Shown: one piece after another, positions 1-9,081 of the stretch
Layout: every line of letters starts with the position of its first letter
Numbering within the stretch: the first letter of the stretch is position 1
Assembly (NCBI GenBank): GCA_022793195.1
Contig: JAAWCJ010000023.1
Span: 38,812 to 102,811 of the forward strand
Length of the DNA: 64,000 bases
Direction of reading: 5' to 3'
Origin: Lachnospiraceae bacterium
GTDB taxonomy: Bacteria > Bacillota > Clostridia > Lachnospirales > Lachnospiraceae
Notes under the pieces: generated by a model
The model's input: the letters and a program-made list of their open reading frames with translations, nothing else
Told to the model about the DNA's origin: nothing
Database searches by the model: none
Program-made: the position numbers and the translations under genes

Positions 1-31
1 GTTATTTGGATAGCTTTGAATAGGTGATTGT

Positions 32-697
32 ATGTTACGGAAACAAGCTTTTTCACCAGAAAAATATGATAAAAACATAGTGGCTACTCTCCCATATTAT
101 GAAGAATATTTCAAACAAATAATAGACATTGTCCATACGGCTTTTCCGATACCGACGGCATGGTTAGACATAGGTTGCGGGACTGGAAAAATGGCAGATA
201 TGGCGATTAGAAATCTTCAAGTGGAGAAGATGGTTTGCTGTGACAATTCAACGCAAATGATAAAGATAGCGAAAGAACGTGTCTGTTCCCCAAAGGTTGA
301 TTTTCAGGAAACCCCAATACAAAATTTGCAATACAATTCAGACTTTGACGTCATAACGGCAATTTTAATCACTCATTATCTTGAATATGAGGAAAGAATT
401 GTAAGCATCAGAAATTGTTACAATGCCCTAAAAAAGAATGGTCTGTTTTTCACAGTAGAAAATTTTGCACCTGATAACGATATGTTTAAAAGATTATATC
501 TGGAACGGTGGAAAAAGTATCAGTACAAAAATGGAAAAAGCGAAGAAGAATGTCAAAGCCATATACTTAGATATAATACAGAATACTTTCCTGTCACTAT
601 TATAGAGCAAATTCATATATTACAAAAATGTGGATTCAAAAATGTAGAAATTTTCTGGTGTTCCTATATGCAAGTTGGAATCTTAGGAATGAAATAA
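32..697 (+). CDS. class I SAM-dependent methyltransferase
   Basis: 221-aa ORF with SAM-binding motif I (LDIGCGTGK) followed by an acidic loop (CCDNS). AT-rich coding sequence. Confidence 0.75.
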   Translation: MLRKQAFSPEKYDKNIVATLPYYEEYFKQIIDIVHTAFPIPTAWLDIGCGTGKMADMAIRNLQVEKMVCCDNSTQMIKIAKERVCSPKVDFQETPIQNLQYNSDFDVITAILITHYLEYEERIVSIRNCYNALKKNGLFFTVENFAPDNDMFKRLYLERWKKYQYKNGKSEEECQSHILRYNTEYFPVTIIEQIHILQKCGFKNVEIFWCSYMQVGILGMK

Positions 698-759
698 GCG
701 GAATGGTTTCCGACTTTTTTTCATAGGCTGGAACAAAAGCCTTGAATCGAGGAATGGGA

Positions 760-1398
760 ATGTTGAATTATCTGTGGGGAGGCATGATCCTCATCGGCGT
801 CGTATGGGGAATCCTTTCGGGAAAACCGGCGGAACTGACCGACGGGATTTTGACTGGGGCGAAGGACGCGGTTTCCCTCTGTATCACCATGGCCGGGGTG
901 ATGGCCTTCTGGTGCGGAATCATGGAGGTGGCAAAAGAGGCGGGCATTATCAGGGGGTTGACCAGGTTTCTTCATCCTCTAGTGAGGTTCCTGTTTCCCA
1001 GGTTGCCGGAGGGGCATAAGGCGGAGGACGAGATTTCAACAAACATCGCGGCCAATGTGCTAGGGCTTGGATGGGCGGCCACCCCAGCGGGGCTTAAAGC
1101 TATGGAAAGCCTGGAAGAACTGGAGGAAGAACGCAGGAAGAGCGGGAAGCAGACGGGGAGAAAAAGAGACGGGCAGCTACCGGCTCCCCGCGGGGTGGCC
1201 AGCAATGAGATGTGTACGTTCTTGATTTTGAATATCTCGTCCCTGCAGCTGATTCCAGTGAACATGATCGCTTACCGGAGCCAGTACGGAAGCGTGAACC
1301 CGACAGCCATCGTGGGGCCGGCCATTGTGGCGACCGCGGTGAGTACGGCGGTGGCAATCATATTTTGCAAGGTGATGGACAGGAACCGGAGAGTGTAG
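760..1398 (+). CDS. spmA: spore maturation protein A / nucleoside-recognition-domain membrane protein
   Basis: The sequence MLNYLWGGMILIGVVWGI...NIAANVLGLGWAATPAGLKAM is typical of SpmA/Gate-domain proteins. The start was moved to the ATG at 760, which has GAGGA upstream; the track start at 742 is a TTG. Confidence 0.75.
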   Translation: MLNYLWGGMILIGVVWGILSGKPAELTDGILTGAKDAVSLCITMAGVMAFWCGIMEVAKEAGIIRGLTRFLHPLVRFLFPRLPEGHKAEDEISTNIAANVLGLGWAATPAGLKAMESLEELEEERRKSGKQTGRKRDGQLPAPRGVASNEMCTFLILNISSLQLIPVNMIAYRSQYGSVNPTAIVGPAIVATAVSTAVAIIFCKVMDRNRRV

Positions 1399-1417
1399 GC
1401 TCTCCGGTTTTGCTTTT
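1386..1417 (+). terminator. intrinsic terminator after spmA
   Basis: Hairpin CCGGAGAG-TGTAGG-CTCTCCGG overlaps the stop codon and is followed by TTTTGCTTTT. Confidence 0.6.
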
Positions 1418-1528
1418 ATCGTATAGGAAACTTCGTTCCCTATACGATAAAAAGCCCTCCGGGAGTTCGCACTGCGGCGGAACGGAATGATCTTGCTGAC
1501 GCAAGCCGCCGCAGGATTCTTTTTTATA
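1416..1528 (+). repeat. left copy of a hairpin-containing direct repeat (partner at 8936-9001), carrying a 47-bp internal hairpin insert
   Basis: Positions 1416-1463 match 8936-8983 with 2 mismatches by eye, and 1511-1528 is identical to 8984-9001. It contains the perfect stem TTATCGTATAGG/CCTATACGATAA. Confidence 0.85.
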
Positions 1529-1665
1529 ATCCGGGAAAGTCCTTTAAATAATGATTCATTATGTACAAAGATATGTGAACAGAGTATAATACAAATGATG
1601 GATCCTTTGAGATTATGCCGTTGTAATAACTGCCACACTGAAAAGGTGGAAAGAGGTGAAGAAAG

Positions 1666-2997
1666 ATGCTGCAGGAAAGTAACCGTATAGAGTTGAAGGC
1701 CACATTAAATGATAAAATGGAAAAAGAGGTTGTAGCTTTTTTAAATAACCGTGAGGGCGGGGTACTGTATATAGGCATTGATGATAAGGGATGCCCTGTT
1801 GAAAATTCGGACATAGATTCTATGCAGTTAAAAATAGCAGATAGAATTAAAAATAATATCCTCCCGTCAACTTTAGGATTATTCGATATTGTCAGTGAAG
1901 CTGTGGAAAATATACCAGTGATTAAGGTAATTGTATCCAGCGGCCTTGAGAAGCCTTATTATATTAAAAATAAAGGAATGTCGCCAAGCGGCTGTTATAT
2001 GAGGATTGGAACCTCAACACAGTCTATGCCTGCGGCGCTGATAGATGAATTATATGCAAAGAGGGTTCATACAACATTACGTAACATTCCTTCACCCAGG
2101 CAGGATCTTACCTTTGCACAGCTTAAGATATATTATCAGGAACGTGGCTTGGAACTGAATAGACAGTTTGCCAATAGTCTTGAATTACTTACGCCTGAAG
2201 GAAAATATAATTATATTGCATATTTATTGGCGGATGAAAATGGTGTATCCATTAAGGTTGCAAAATATGCAGGAAAAGATAAAGTTATCCTGAAAGAAAA
2301 TGAAGAATACGGATATTGTTCTCTGATTAAGGCAACGAATCATGTTTTGGAAAAAATGAAAATCGAAAATGCTACAAAGGCAAAAGTAACCAGTACAAAG
2401 CGGATAGAAAAAAATCTGGTGGAACCAGTTCCGTTGAGGGAAGCATTGATCAATGCGATTGTTCATAATGACTTTTCAAAAGAAATACCGCCGGTATTTG
2501 AAATTTTCAATGATCGGATGGAGTTTACATCTTACGGAGGCTTGATTCGGGGACAGAGCAGAGAGGATTTTTTCAGTTGCAGCAGTATGCCAAGAAACAG
2601 GGAACTAATGCGAGTGTTTAAGGATGTGGGGTTGGTTGAGCAGCTGGGGTCGGGGATGAGCCGCATTTTAAATGCTTATGACAGAACTGTTTTTGAAATA
2701 TCCGAGCATTTTATTAAGGTCATTTTCCCGTTTTCATGGGCAGATGAAAAAGAAAACATTGCAGTTGGAAATATAAATGGCGATGAAAATGGCGATGAAA
2801 ATGGCGATGAAAATGGCGATGAAATAAGAATTCTGTCAATATTGAAAAAAGAACCTTCCATCAGGGCTAAAGAATTAAGTGAAAAGACAGGGTTTAGTAC
2901 CAGAAAAGTCAGCCGCCTGATAAAGAAGCTTCGGGAATCAGGAAAAATAACCCGTATCGGTTCTGACAGAAAAGGTTATTGGGCAATCAGCAAATAA
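1666..2997 (+). CDS. AlbA_2 (Schlafen-like 'divergent AAA') + HATPase_c_4 + C-terminal winged-HTH putative regulator
   Basis: The N-terminus ESNRIELKATLNDK...GGVLYIGIDDKG...YYIKNKG...YMRIGTST is typical of the AlbA_2 domain. The middle region LREALINAIVHNDF...LVEQLGSGMSRI is typical of HATPase_c_4. The C-terminal ILSILKKEPSIRAKELSEKTGFSTRKVSRLIKKL is an HTH. The gene is AT-rich. Confidence 0.7.
   Translation: MLQESNRIELKATLNDKMEKEVVAFLNNREGGVLYIGIDDKGCPVENSDIDSMQLKIADRIKNNILPSTLGLFDIVSEAVENIPVIKVIVSSGLEKPYYIKNKGMSPSGCYMRIGTSTQSMPAALIDELYAKRVHTTLRNIPSPRQDLTFAQLKIYYQERGLELNRQFANSLELLTPEGKYNYIAYLLADENGVSIKVAKYAGKDKVILKENEEYGYCSLIKATNHVLEKMKIENATKAKVTSTKRIEKNLVEPVPLREALINAIVHNDFSKEIPPVFEIFNDRMEFTSYGGLIRGQSREDFFSCSSMPRNRELMRVFKDVGLVEQLGSGMSRILNAYDRTVFEISEHFIKVIFPFSWADEKENIAVGNINGDENGDENGDENGDEIRILSILKKEPSIRAKELSEKTGFSTRKVSRLIKKLRESGKITRIGSDRKGYWAISK
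2776..2823 (+). repeat. perfect 12-bp x4 in-frame tandem repeat (AATGGCGATGAA; encodes NGDE x4)
   Basis: Read directly from the sequence. It forms the linker between the HATPase_c_4 region and the wHTH of the 1666-2997 ORF. Confidence 0.95.
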
Positions 2998-3056
2998 AGT
3001 ATTAAAGACCGCCAGACGAGGCTGCGGCGGGAAAAGATCGAAACGAGGTTGAGATC

Positions 3057-6000
3057 ATGGATGTTAAGGAATATGAGAAAATTTTACAGGCAGTGCCGGC
3101 TACGGGAGTGTTCATTATCCGGGAGGATAATCATGAAATTTTGTATTATAACGAGCGGGTACGGGAGGCATCGCCCCATGTGCATAAAGGGATGGCCTGC
3201 CATGAGCTGGGGGATCATTCCTGCGCCAACTGTCCGCTTTTAACCATCGGGGAGAGGGAGACCAATCAGAGTATTAGCTACAACAATGCTTTTGGTGAAA
3301 TTGTGGATATCACAGCAGTGAGAACCATGTGGGAAGACAGGATCCCGGCCTTTATTATTACAGTGGCCCCCCATGTACAAGCTATTAATTATACATATTA
3401 TAAGATACTGAGGATTAATCTGACACAGGACAGTTATGAAGTGGTGAAAATGAGGCCGGAAGACAGGGGGATAGGCTATGGAAAAGATACTTTTTCCGGC
3501 TGGCTGGGGCAGTTTATCTACAGCGGTGACATCCATCCTGACGATATGAACAGTTTCATATCATTTACCCATCCGGATCATTTGAAAAAGGCCCTGGAAG
3601 AGGGGCAGAAGGTGCTGACCTGCTGTTACAGAAGGCGTTTGGGGGATGATTATTCCTGGAACCTCCTGGAGGTGGTGCCGGACTTTTCCGCCGGAGACCA
3701 GTTCGTTTTCCTGTACGTAAAAGATGTGAATGATATTTTGCAGGAAAGCCTGAAGCTGGATGATACAAATCTCCGTATCCAGGAAGTGATCCGAACACTT
3801 GGAGAACAGAATTTCGGTATTTATGGCGTTGACCTGGATACAGGAGAGGCCAACCTGGTACGGGAAAACGGCCATACTCATACAGGCTGGAAATCCTGGA
3901 CGGTTCAATGGGGCGAAATCATGGATTCCCGCCTTGTGAGGCAGATTCATCCGGCGGACAGGGAGAAGTTTTGTGAGAACTTTTCTTTGGAGGGGCTGCA
4001 GCAGACAAAGGAGACAGGTGTACATAAAACAGACATGCTCTGTAAGTGGCGGGGGGAGGAAGACCACGAGTACCGTTATATGGCTGTGATCGCCTATTTT
4101 GGAGAGCAGTATAATACAAAGAATTATACCATTGTAGCCCTGCAGAATGTGGATAAGCGTGTGCGCCAGGAGCAGACACTGTCGCTCCGTGACATGCAAC
4201 TGGCGGCAATCCTTAAATCCAGATATAGTGTTATGACGACAGTTTATTTGGAGAATGGCCAGTGTGAGCGGGTCTGGATCAATGGAGACAGTAAAATGCA
4301 GGGGGTTCAGACAGGAAATTATCATCAGTATTTTCACCAGGCGCTGGAAAGTATCGTTTACCCGGAGGATGTAGAAAAGTTTCAGGAGATTATGAGCCCG
4401 GAGCACTTATATCAGAAGGCGGCCAATACACGGGATTATTCAGAAGAAATCTGCCAGTACCGCATAGAAGGAGAATCTTTGCAGTGGCTGGAGCAGCATG
4501 TGATCTATTCAAGGCAGGGAAGCAGGATGTCCGTAAATATCCTGGGACGGGACATCACCGACGAAAAACTGGAAGAGGAGACCCGGCTTAAAGAAGAGCA
4601 GGAGCAGGAGAATATTATCCGTACATTGGGCAGCATGTTTTTTGCCACTTATTATGCGGATTTAGAGCAGAATACATTCCGCAGTGTGACGCAGCTTCAG
4701 GAAGTGGAAAAGGTATTGGAAGGAAAAATGGACTATGCGGCGGGCCTTAAGGCCTATGCGGAAAGCTTTATCCACCCTGATGACCGCGAAGAATATTTGA
4801 ATGTTTTGGGAATTGAGAATCTGCGGCGGAATTTAAGCAGAAAAACTCCTTATGTAACGCTGGCGTATCGGAAAATTCCTGAAGGTTCCAATGTAAAGCC
4901 GGAGGAATACGGATGGATTCGCGGTACTGCCGTGATGTCCCAGGCTGATGGGGAGGGGAAAGCCAGGTCCATTGTGTATGCGGCGCAGGACGTGACAGAA
5001 AGTAAGCGCAAGGAGATGAGGGAGCAGCAGGCCCTTCAGGCAGCATGCGAGGCGGCAGACCAGGCCAATGCTTTCCGAAGGGAATTTCTTGCCAGCATGA
5101 GCCATAATATCCGCACTCCGATGAATGGCATACTTGGTATGCTTAAGATTGCGTCAGACCATATAGACGATCATGAAAGAGTAAAGGACTGCCTGGAGAA
5201 AGCGTTTGTTTCCAGCCACCAGCTTCTTTCCATGCTCAATGAAATCCTGGATATCAGCCTGATTAAAGCCGGAAGCTTTGCACTGAAGGCGGAAGCCTTC
5301 TGCCTGTCTGAGCTGATGGAGGAGGTGGTCTCTGCCGTCAGCGCCGACATGCGGGAAAAGGCCCTGCAGATGAAAATTCACCCCATGCAGGTGATTCATG
5401 AAAATATTCTGGGAGACAGGCAGCGGCTTTTGCAAATATTTCTGAATATTTTAGGTAATTCCATAAAATATACGCCGCCTGGCGGAACCCTGGAAATTTT
5501 GGTTGTTGAACATGAATCAGGGGAGCATGGCTGCAGTTCCTATGATTTTGTTTTTCGTGACAGTGGTATCGGCATGGACGAAACGTATCTACCCCATATT
5601 TTTGAACCCTTCAGCCATGCCGAAGACCCTTACATTGCCAGGGCGGATGGCGTCGGTCTGGGGATGTCCATTGCCCAGAATATAGCGCGTATGATGGGCG
5701 GGACCATCAGCGTGGAAAGTACGCCTGGAAAAGGTTCCGAATTTACGGTGACGATTATTTTAAGACGGCAGAATTCCGATGAGGCGCCGGGAAGCCTGTC
5801 CGGTTTAAACCAGGAAGATTTTTCAGACATTTCCTTCGGTGGCTTCAAGATTCTTTTGGTGGAGGATAATGAATTGAACCGGGAGATTGCCATGGAGCTG
5901 ATTGGAGAGACCGGAGCCATGGTGGAATGTGCCGGGGATGGGCGGAAAGGCCTGCAGCGTTTTGCTGAAATGCCGGAGGGATACTATGATCTGGTGCTTA

Positions 6001-6224
6001 TGGATATTCAAATGCCGGTCATGAACGGTTTTGAGGCGACACGCGCCATTCGTAAGCTTCCACGCGGGGATGCCGCCACAATCCCTATTATTGCGTTGTC
6101 TTCCAATGTTTCGCCGGAGGACATTGCCACAGGGCGGGAATCAGGGATGAATGGGTACATCGCGAAACCCCTGGATATCCCGCAGTTGATGGAACGTATG
6201 AATTTCTGGTTAAAAAACAGGTAA
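3057..6224 (+). CDS. cytoplasmic multi-PAS hybrid sensor histidine kinase / response regulator
   Basis: 1055 aa with no obvious TM segment. H-box FLASMSHNIRTPMNGILG, N/G boxes LGNSIKYTPPGG and DSGIGM...GVGLGMSI, and a C-terminal receiver ILLVEDNELNREI...DLVLMDIQMPVMNG...KP. Confidence 0.85.
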   Translation: MDVKEYEKILQAVPATGVFIIREDNHEILYYNERVREASPHVHKGMACHELGDHSCANCPLLTIGERETNQSISYNNAFGEIVDITAVRTMWEDRIPAFIITVAPHVQAINYTYYKILRINLTQDSYEVVKMRPEDRGIGYGKDTFSGWLGQFIYSGDIHPDDMNSFISFTHPDHLKKALEEGQKVLTCCYRRRLGDDYSWNLLEVVPDFSAGDQFVFLYVKDVNDILQESLKLDDTNLRIQEVIRTLGEQNFGIYGVDLDTGEANLVRENGHTHTGWKSWTVQWGEIMDSRLVRQIHPADREKFCENFSLEGLQQTKETGVHKTDMLCKWRGEEDHEYRYMAVIAYFGEQYNTKNYTIVALQNVDKRVRQEQTLSLRDMQLAAILKSRYSVMTTVYLENGQCERVWINGDSKMQGVQTGNYHQYFHQALESIVYPEDVEKFQEIMSPEHLYQKAANTRDYSEEICQYRIEGESLQWLEQHVIYSRQGSRMSVNILGRDITDEKLEEETRLKEEQEQENIIRTLGSMFFATYYADLEQNTFRSVTQLQEVEKVLEGKMDYAAGLKAYAESFIHPDDREEYLNVLGIENLRRNLSRKTPYVTLAYRKIPEGSNVKPEEYGWIRGTAVMSQADGEGKARSIVYAAQDVTESKRKEMREQQALQAACEAADQANAFRREFLASMSHNIRTPMNGILGMLKIASDHIDDHERVKDCLEKAFVSSHQLLSMLNEILDISLIKAGSFALKAEAFCLSELMEEVVSAVSADMREKALQMKIHPMQVIHENILGDRQRLLQIFLNILGNSIKYTPPGGTLEILVVEHESGEHGCSSYDFVFRDSGIGMDETYLPHIFEPFSHAEDPYIARADGVGLGMSIAQNIARMMGGTISVESTPGKGSEFTVTIILRRQNSDEAPGSLSGLNQEDFSDISFGGFKILLVEDNELNREIAMELIGETGAMVECAGDGRKGLQRFAEMPEGYYDLVLMDIQMPVMNGFEATRAIRKLPRGDAATIPIIALSSNVSPEDIATGRESGMNGYIAKPLDIPQLMERMNFWLKNR

Positions 6225-6233
6225 AGTTATGGC

Positions 6234-8435
6234 ATGGAGGCTTTTGACATGGATTCTTTATTTCATGAAAAAAGGGATGCTGCGCACAGAGGGGGAGCTC
6301 TTGTGCTGGCCTTTGCACTGATTGTTGTTATTCTTTTGGCACTGGTCATTTCGACCGGATGGTTTATGGAATCTGCTCAGAAGACGACAGAGATTTCTGT
6401 CCATAATGTAAGTGAATTTTATCTGAAGGAGCTATCTGCCCAGACAGGGCGTCAGCTGCGAAACAGCCTGGATTATCAGCTGCGGAATCTCAAAGCGGCC
6501 ATTGATATTGCCGGAGAAAAAGAGTCGGAAAACCTGGTTTCTTTTCAGCAGTATATTTCAAAAATGGAAATGCTTTATGGATTCGACTTTTATGTGATGG
6601 TGGATGAAAATGGAACCGTATACACACGGGACGGCGAATATCCAGATAGGGTAACGTCGGATTTTGTGGCGAAAGCAAATTTTCAGGCGCCGGAAATTTT
6701 TGTGGACCAGGGGCAGGGAGGGCAGAATACGGTGATCATTACCGCGCCGGCCCAGGGTATGAAACTTGATGGAAAATCTTTAGTGGGCGGTATGGCCGGC
6801 GTTAGCGCCGACACCATATCCGGCGGACTTTTTCTGAAGGATGACGAAAATCAGATTTTTTCCAATGTAATTCTCAAAGATGGCTCTTATATAGTAAAAA
6901 CTCCCCATAGCCATATGAAAAGCAGCAGTGATGTTTTTTCTGCGTTGGAGGAACAGGCGGTTTTTCATAAAGGAAATTTTACAGAGCAGATGCAAAAGGA
7001 TATGGAGGCAGGAAAAAGTGGGATTATTACATACTACCTTGAAGGGATTTTGCACTACACTTATTATGCCCCGGCAGCAGGGACAGACTGGTATCTTACC
7101 ACGACGATTCATTATGATACGGTCAGTACGAATATAGAGGCCGTCAGCGCCGCAATTACCAGAAATAGCATGATTCAGCTCCTTTTGGTGCTGTTTGTGG
7201 TGTTGGTGGTATTTGTGGTGTATTTCTGGCAGCGCAGGAAAAATGAGATTTTATATCTTGAAAAAATCCAGGCGGAGGAGAGCAGTAAAGCGAAAAGCCA
7301 GTTTCTTTCTAATATGTCCCACGATATCCGCACACCGATGAATGCCATCATTGGTTTCACAGATCTGGCGCTCCAGTGTGAACCAGGTGCCGATGCAGGA
7401 CGCATTGGTGATTATCTGACAAAAATCCGTACAGCCAGTACACATTTGCTGGGCCTTATTAATGATGTACTGGATATGAGCCGGATTGAGAGTGGAAAAA
7501 TGCATTTGGATATGACGCCCTGCCGTCTCTCTGATATTTTATCTGAGATAGATGATATTGTCCGGGGACAGGCCGGGGAGAGACAGCAGACATTTCGGAT
7601 TGAGACCGCCGGCCTTAGCCATGACTGTATTTATTGCGATAAGCTGCGGCTGAACCAGATTCTTTTAAATCTTTTGGGGAATTCCATCAAATTTACGCTA
7701 CAGGAAGGAGAGATTTCTCTGACGGTGTTGGAGAAGCCTGGCGCCCACAGTGGATACGGAGCCTATGAATTCAGGGTAAAAGACAATGGAATTGGCATGA
7801 CGCCGGAATTCGCAAAAAAGGTTTTTGAACCATTTGAACGGGAAAGGACCTCTACAGTCAGCGGTATTCAGGGAACCGGCCTTGGCATGGCAATTACGAA
7901 AAGTATCATTGACCTGATGAATGGTTCCATCTTTGTGGAGACAGAACTGGGCAAGGGAACAGAATTTATCCTGAATGTGGAATTTAAGCTTCAGGAAGAG
8001 AAGGATTATGAGGCGGCGCCAAAGGCCCGGGGGGAATGTCAGGCGGTGGATTTCAGTGGAAAGAAAATCCTCCTGGTGGAAGACAATGAGCTGAACCGGG
8101 AAATCGCAGTGGAGCTTTTAAAAGAGTATGGCTTTGAAATTGAAGAGGCGGGGGATGGCACCGAGGCGGTGGAAAAGATAAAAGATGCCAAACCCGGAGA
8201 ATATGATTTGATTCTCATGGATATCCAGATGCCGGTTATGGACGGATATACGGCAACCCGGAAAATCCGGGGTTTAAAGGATTCGGCCTGTGCAGATATT
8301 CCCATTATTGCAATGACGGCAAATGCTTTTGAGGAAGATAAAAAGCAGGCGCTGGAAAGTGGAATGAATGAACATGTTGCCAAGCCGGTAGATATCGAGG
8401 ATTTGAAAGCAGTACTATCCAATGTTTTGAGATAA
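6234..8435 (+). CDS. membrane hybrid sensor histidine kinase / response regulator with extracytoplasmic (Cache-like) sensor domain
   Basis: Two TM segments flank a ~280-aa extracellular region. H-box FLSNMSHDIRTPMNAIIGF, ATPase motifs GNSIKFT and DNGIGM...GTGLGMAI, and receiver ILLVEDNELNREI...LILMDIQMPVMDG...KP. Confidence 0.85.
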   Translation: MEAFDMDSLFHEKRDAAHRGGALVLAFALIVVILLALVISTGWFMESAQKTTEISVHNVSEFYLKELSAQTGRQLRNSLDYQLRNLKAAIDIAGEKESENLVSFQQYISKMEMLYGFDFYVMVDENGTVYTRDGEYPDRVTSDFVAKANFQAPEIFVDQGQGGQNTVIITAPAQGMKLDGKSLVGGMAGVSADTISGGLFLKDDENQIFSNVILKDGSYIVKTPHSHMKSSSDVFSALEEQAVFHKGNFTEQMQKDMEAGKSGIITYYLEGILHYTYYAPAAGTDWYLTTTIHYDTVSTNIEAVSAAITRNSMIQLLLVLFVVLVVFVVYFWQRRKNEILYLEKIQAEESSKAKSQFLSNMSHDIRTPMNAIIGFTDLALQCEPGADAGRIGDYLTKIRTASTHLLGLINDVLDMSRIESGKMHLDMTPCRLSDILSEIDDIVRGQAGERQQTFRIETAGLSHDCIYCDKLRLNQILLNLLGNSIKFTLQEGEISLTVLEKPGAHSGYGAYEFRVKDNGIGMTPEFAKKVFEPFERERTSTVSGIQGTGLGMAITKSIIDLMNGSIFVETELGKGTEFILNVEFKLQEEKDYEAAPKARGECQAVDFSGKKILLVEDNELNREIAVELLKEYGFEIEEAGDGTEAVEKIKDAKPGEYDLILMDIQMPVMDGYTATRKIRGLKDSACADIPIIAMTANAFEEDKKQALESGMNEHVAKPVDIEDLKAVLSNVLR

Positions 8436-8540
8436 CCGGTACGGGGGCTTGTGGCTGCAGACGTTTTGTGCTAAAATGTGATGACATGGGCAGACGGGCA
8501 TCAGCAAAAGCCTATAGCCCAAAAGACAGGAGGAATTTTT

Positions 8541-8906
8541 TTGGAGGAAAGGCACACTCACATTCACATAGGGGAAAATGGAGAATTGATAGAGCACAGC
8601 CACGGCGGGAGCGGGCATAATCATGAAGGGCATATTCATGGCCATGTGCATACCAATACGAAAGCCGTATTGAACCGGCTCAGCCGGGCCATCGGACATC
8701 TGGAATCCATCCGGCGGATGGTGGAAGAGGGAAGGGACTGCAGTGAGGTTTTAATCCAGCTGTCGGCCGTGAAATCAGCCATCAACAATACGGGGAAGGT
8801 CATCCTGCAGGACCACATTGAACACTGCATCGTGGATGCGGTGGAGTCCGGCGACCATGAAGCGCTGGAGGAGCTTTCAAAAGCCATTGACCGCTTTATA
8901 AAATGA
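8541..8906 (+). CDS. CsoR/RcnR-family metal-sensing repressor with His-rich N-terminal extension
   Basis: The core LNRLSRAIGHLESIRRMVEEGRDCSEVLIQLSAVKSAINNTGKVILQDHIEHC carries the C...H...C ligand pattern of CsoR-type DUF156 proteins. The likely start is the in-frame TTG at 8541, 8 nt after AGGAGG; the track ATG at 8478 lacks an RBS. The N-terminus is HTHIHIGENGELIEHSHGGSGHNHEGHIHGHVH. Confidence 0.75.
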   Translation: MEERHTHIHIGENGELIEHSHGGSGHNHEGHIHGHVHTNTKAVLNRLSRAIGHLESIRRMVEEGRDCSEVLIQLSAVKSAINNTGKVILQDHIEHCIVDAVESGDHEALEELSKAIDRFIK

Positions 8907-8910
8907 AAGA

Positions 8911-8937
8911 AGGCCAGGAATTCCTGGCCTTTTTATT
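8911..8937 (+). terminator. intrinsic terminator after the CsoR-like gene
   Basis: Perfect palindrome AGGCCAGGAATTCCTGGCCT followed by TTTTATT. Confidence 0.7.
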
Positions 8938-9001
8938 ATCGTATAGGAAACTTCGTTCTCCATACGATAAAAAGCCCTCCGGGGCAGGATTCTTTTTTAT
9001 A
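8936..9001 (+). repeat. right copy of the direct repeat (partner at 1416-1528)
   Basis: See the 1416-1528 feature. This copy lacks the 47-bp insert. Confidence 0.85.
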
Positions 9002-9081
9002 CAAAGAAGAATTTCCAAATTTTGGGAAAGAATATAAAATTGCGTAATGACCCCGGATATGGTAAAATGGGTAACGGATGA

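Noticed and set aside
3561-4406. Long antisense ORFs inside large genes (also 35887-36768, 42983-43726, 43638-44552, 47911-48531, 48608-49168, 21167-21838, 51568-52101, 53533-54048).
   Set aside because: Each lies opposite a gene with clear family motifs. None shows motifs or an RBS of its own.
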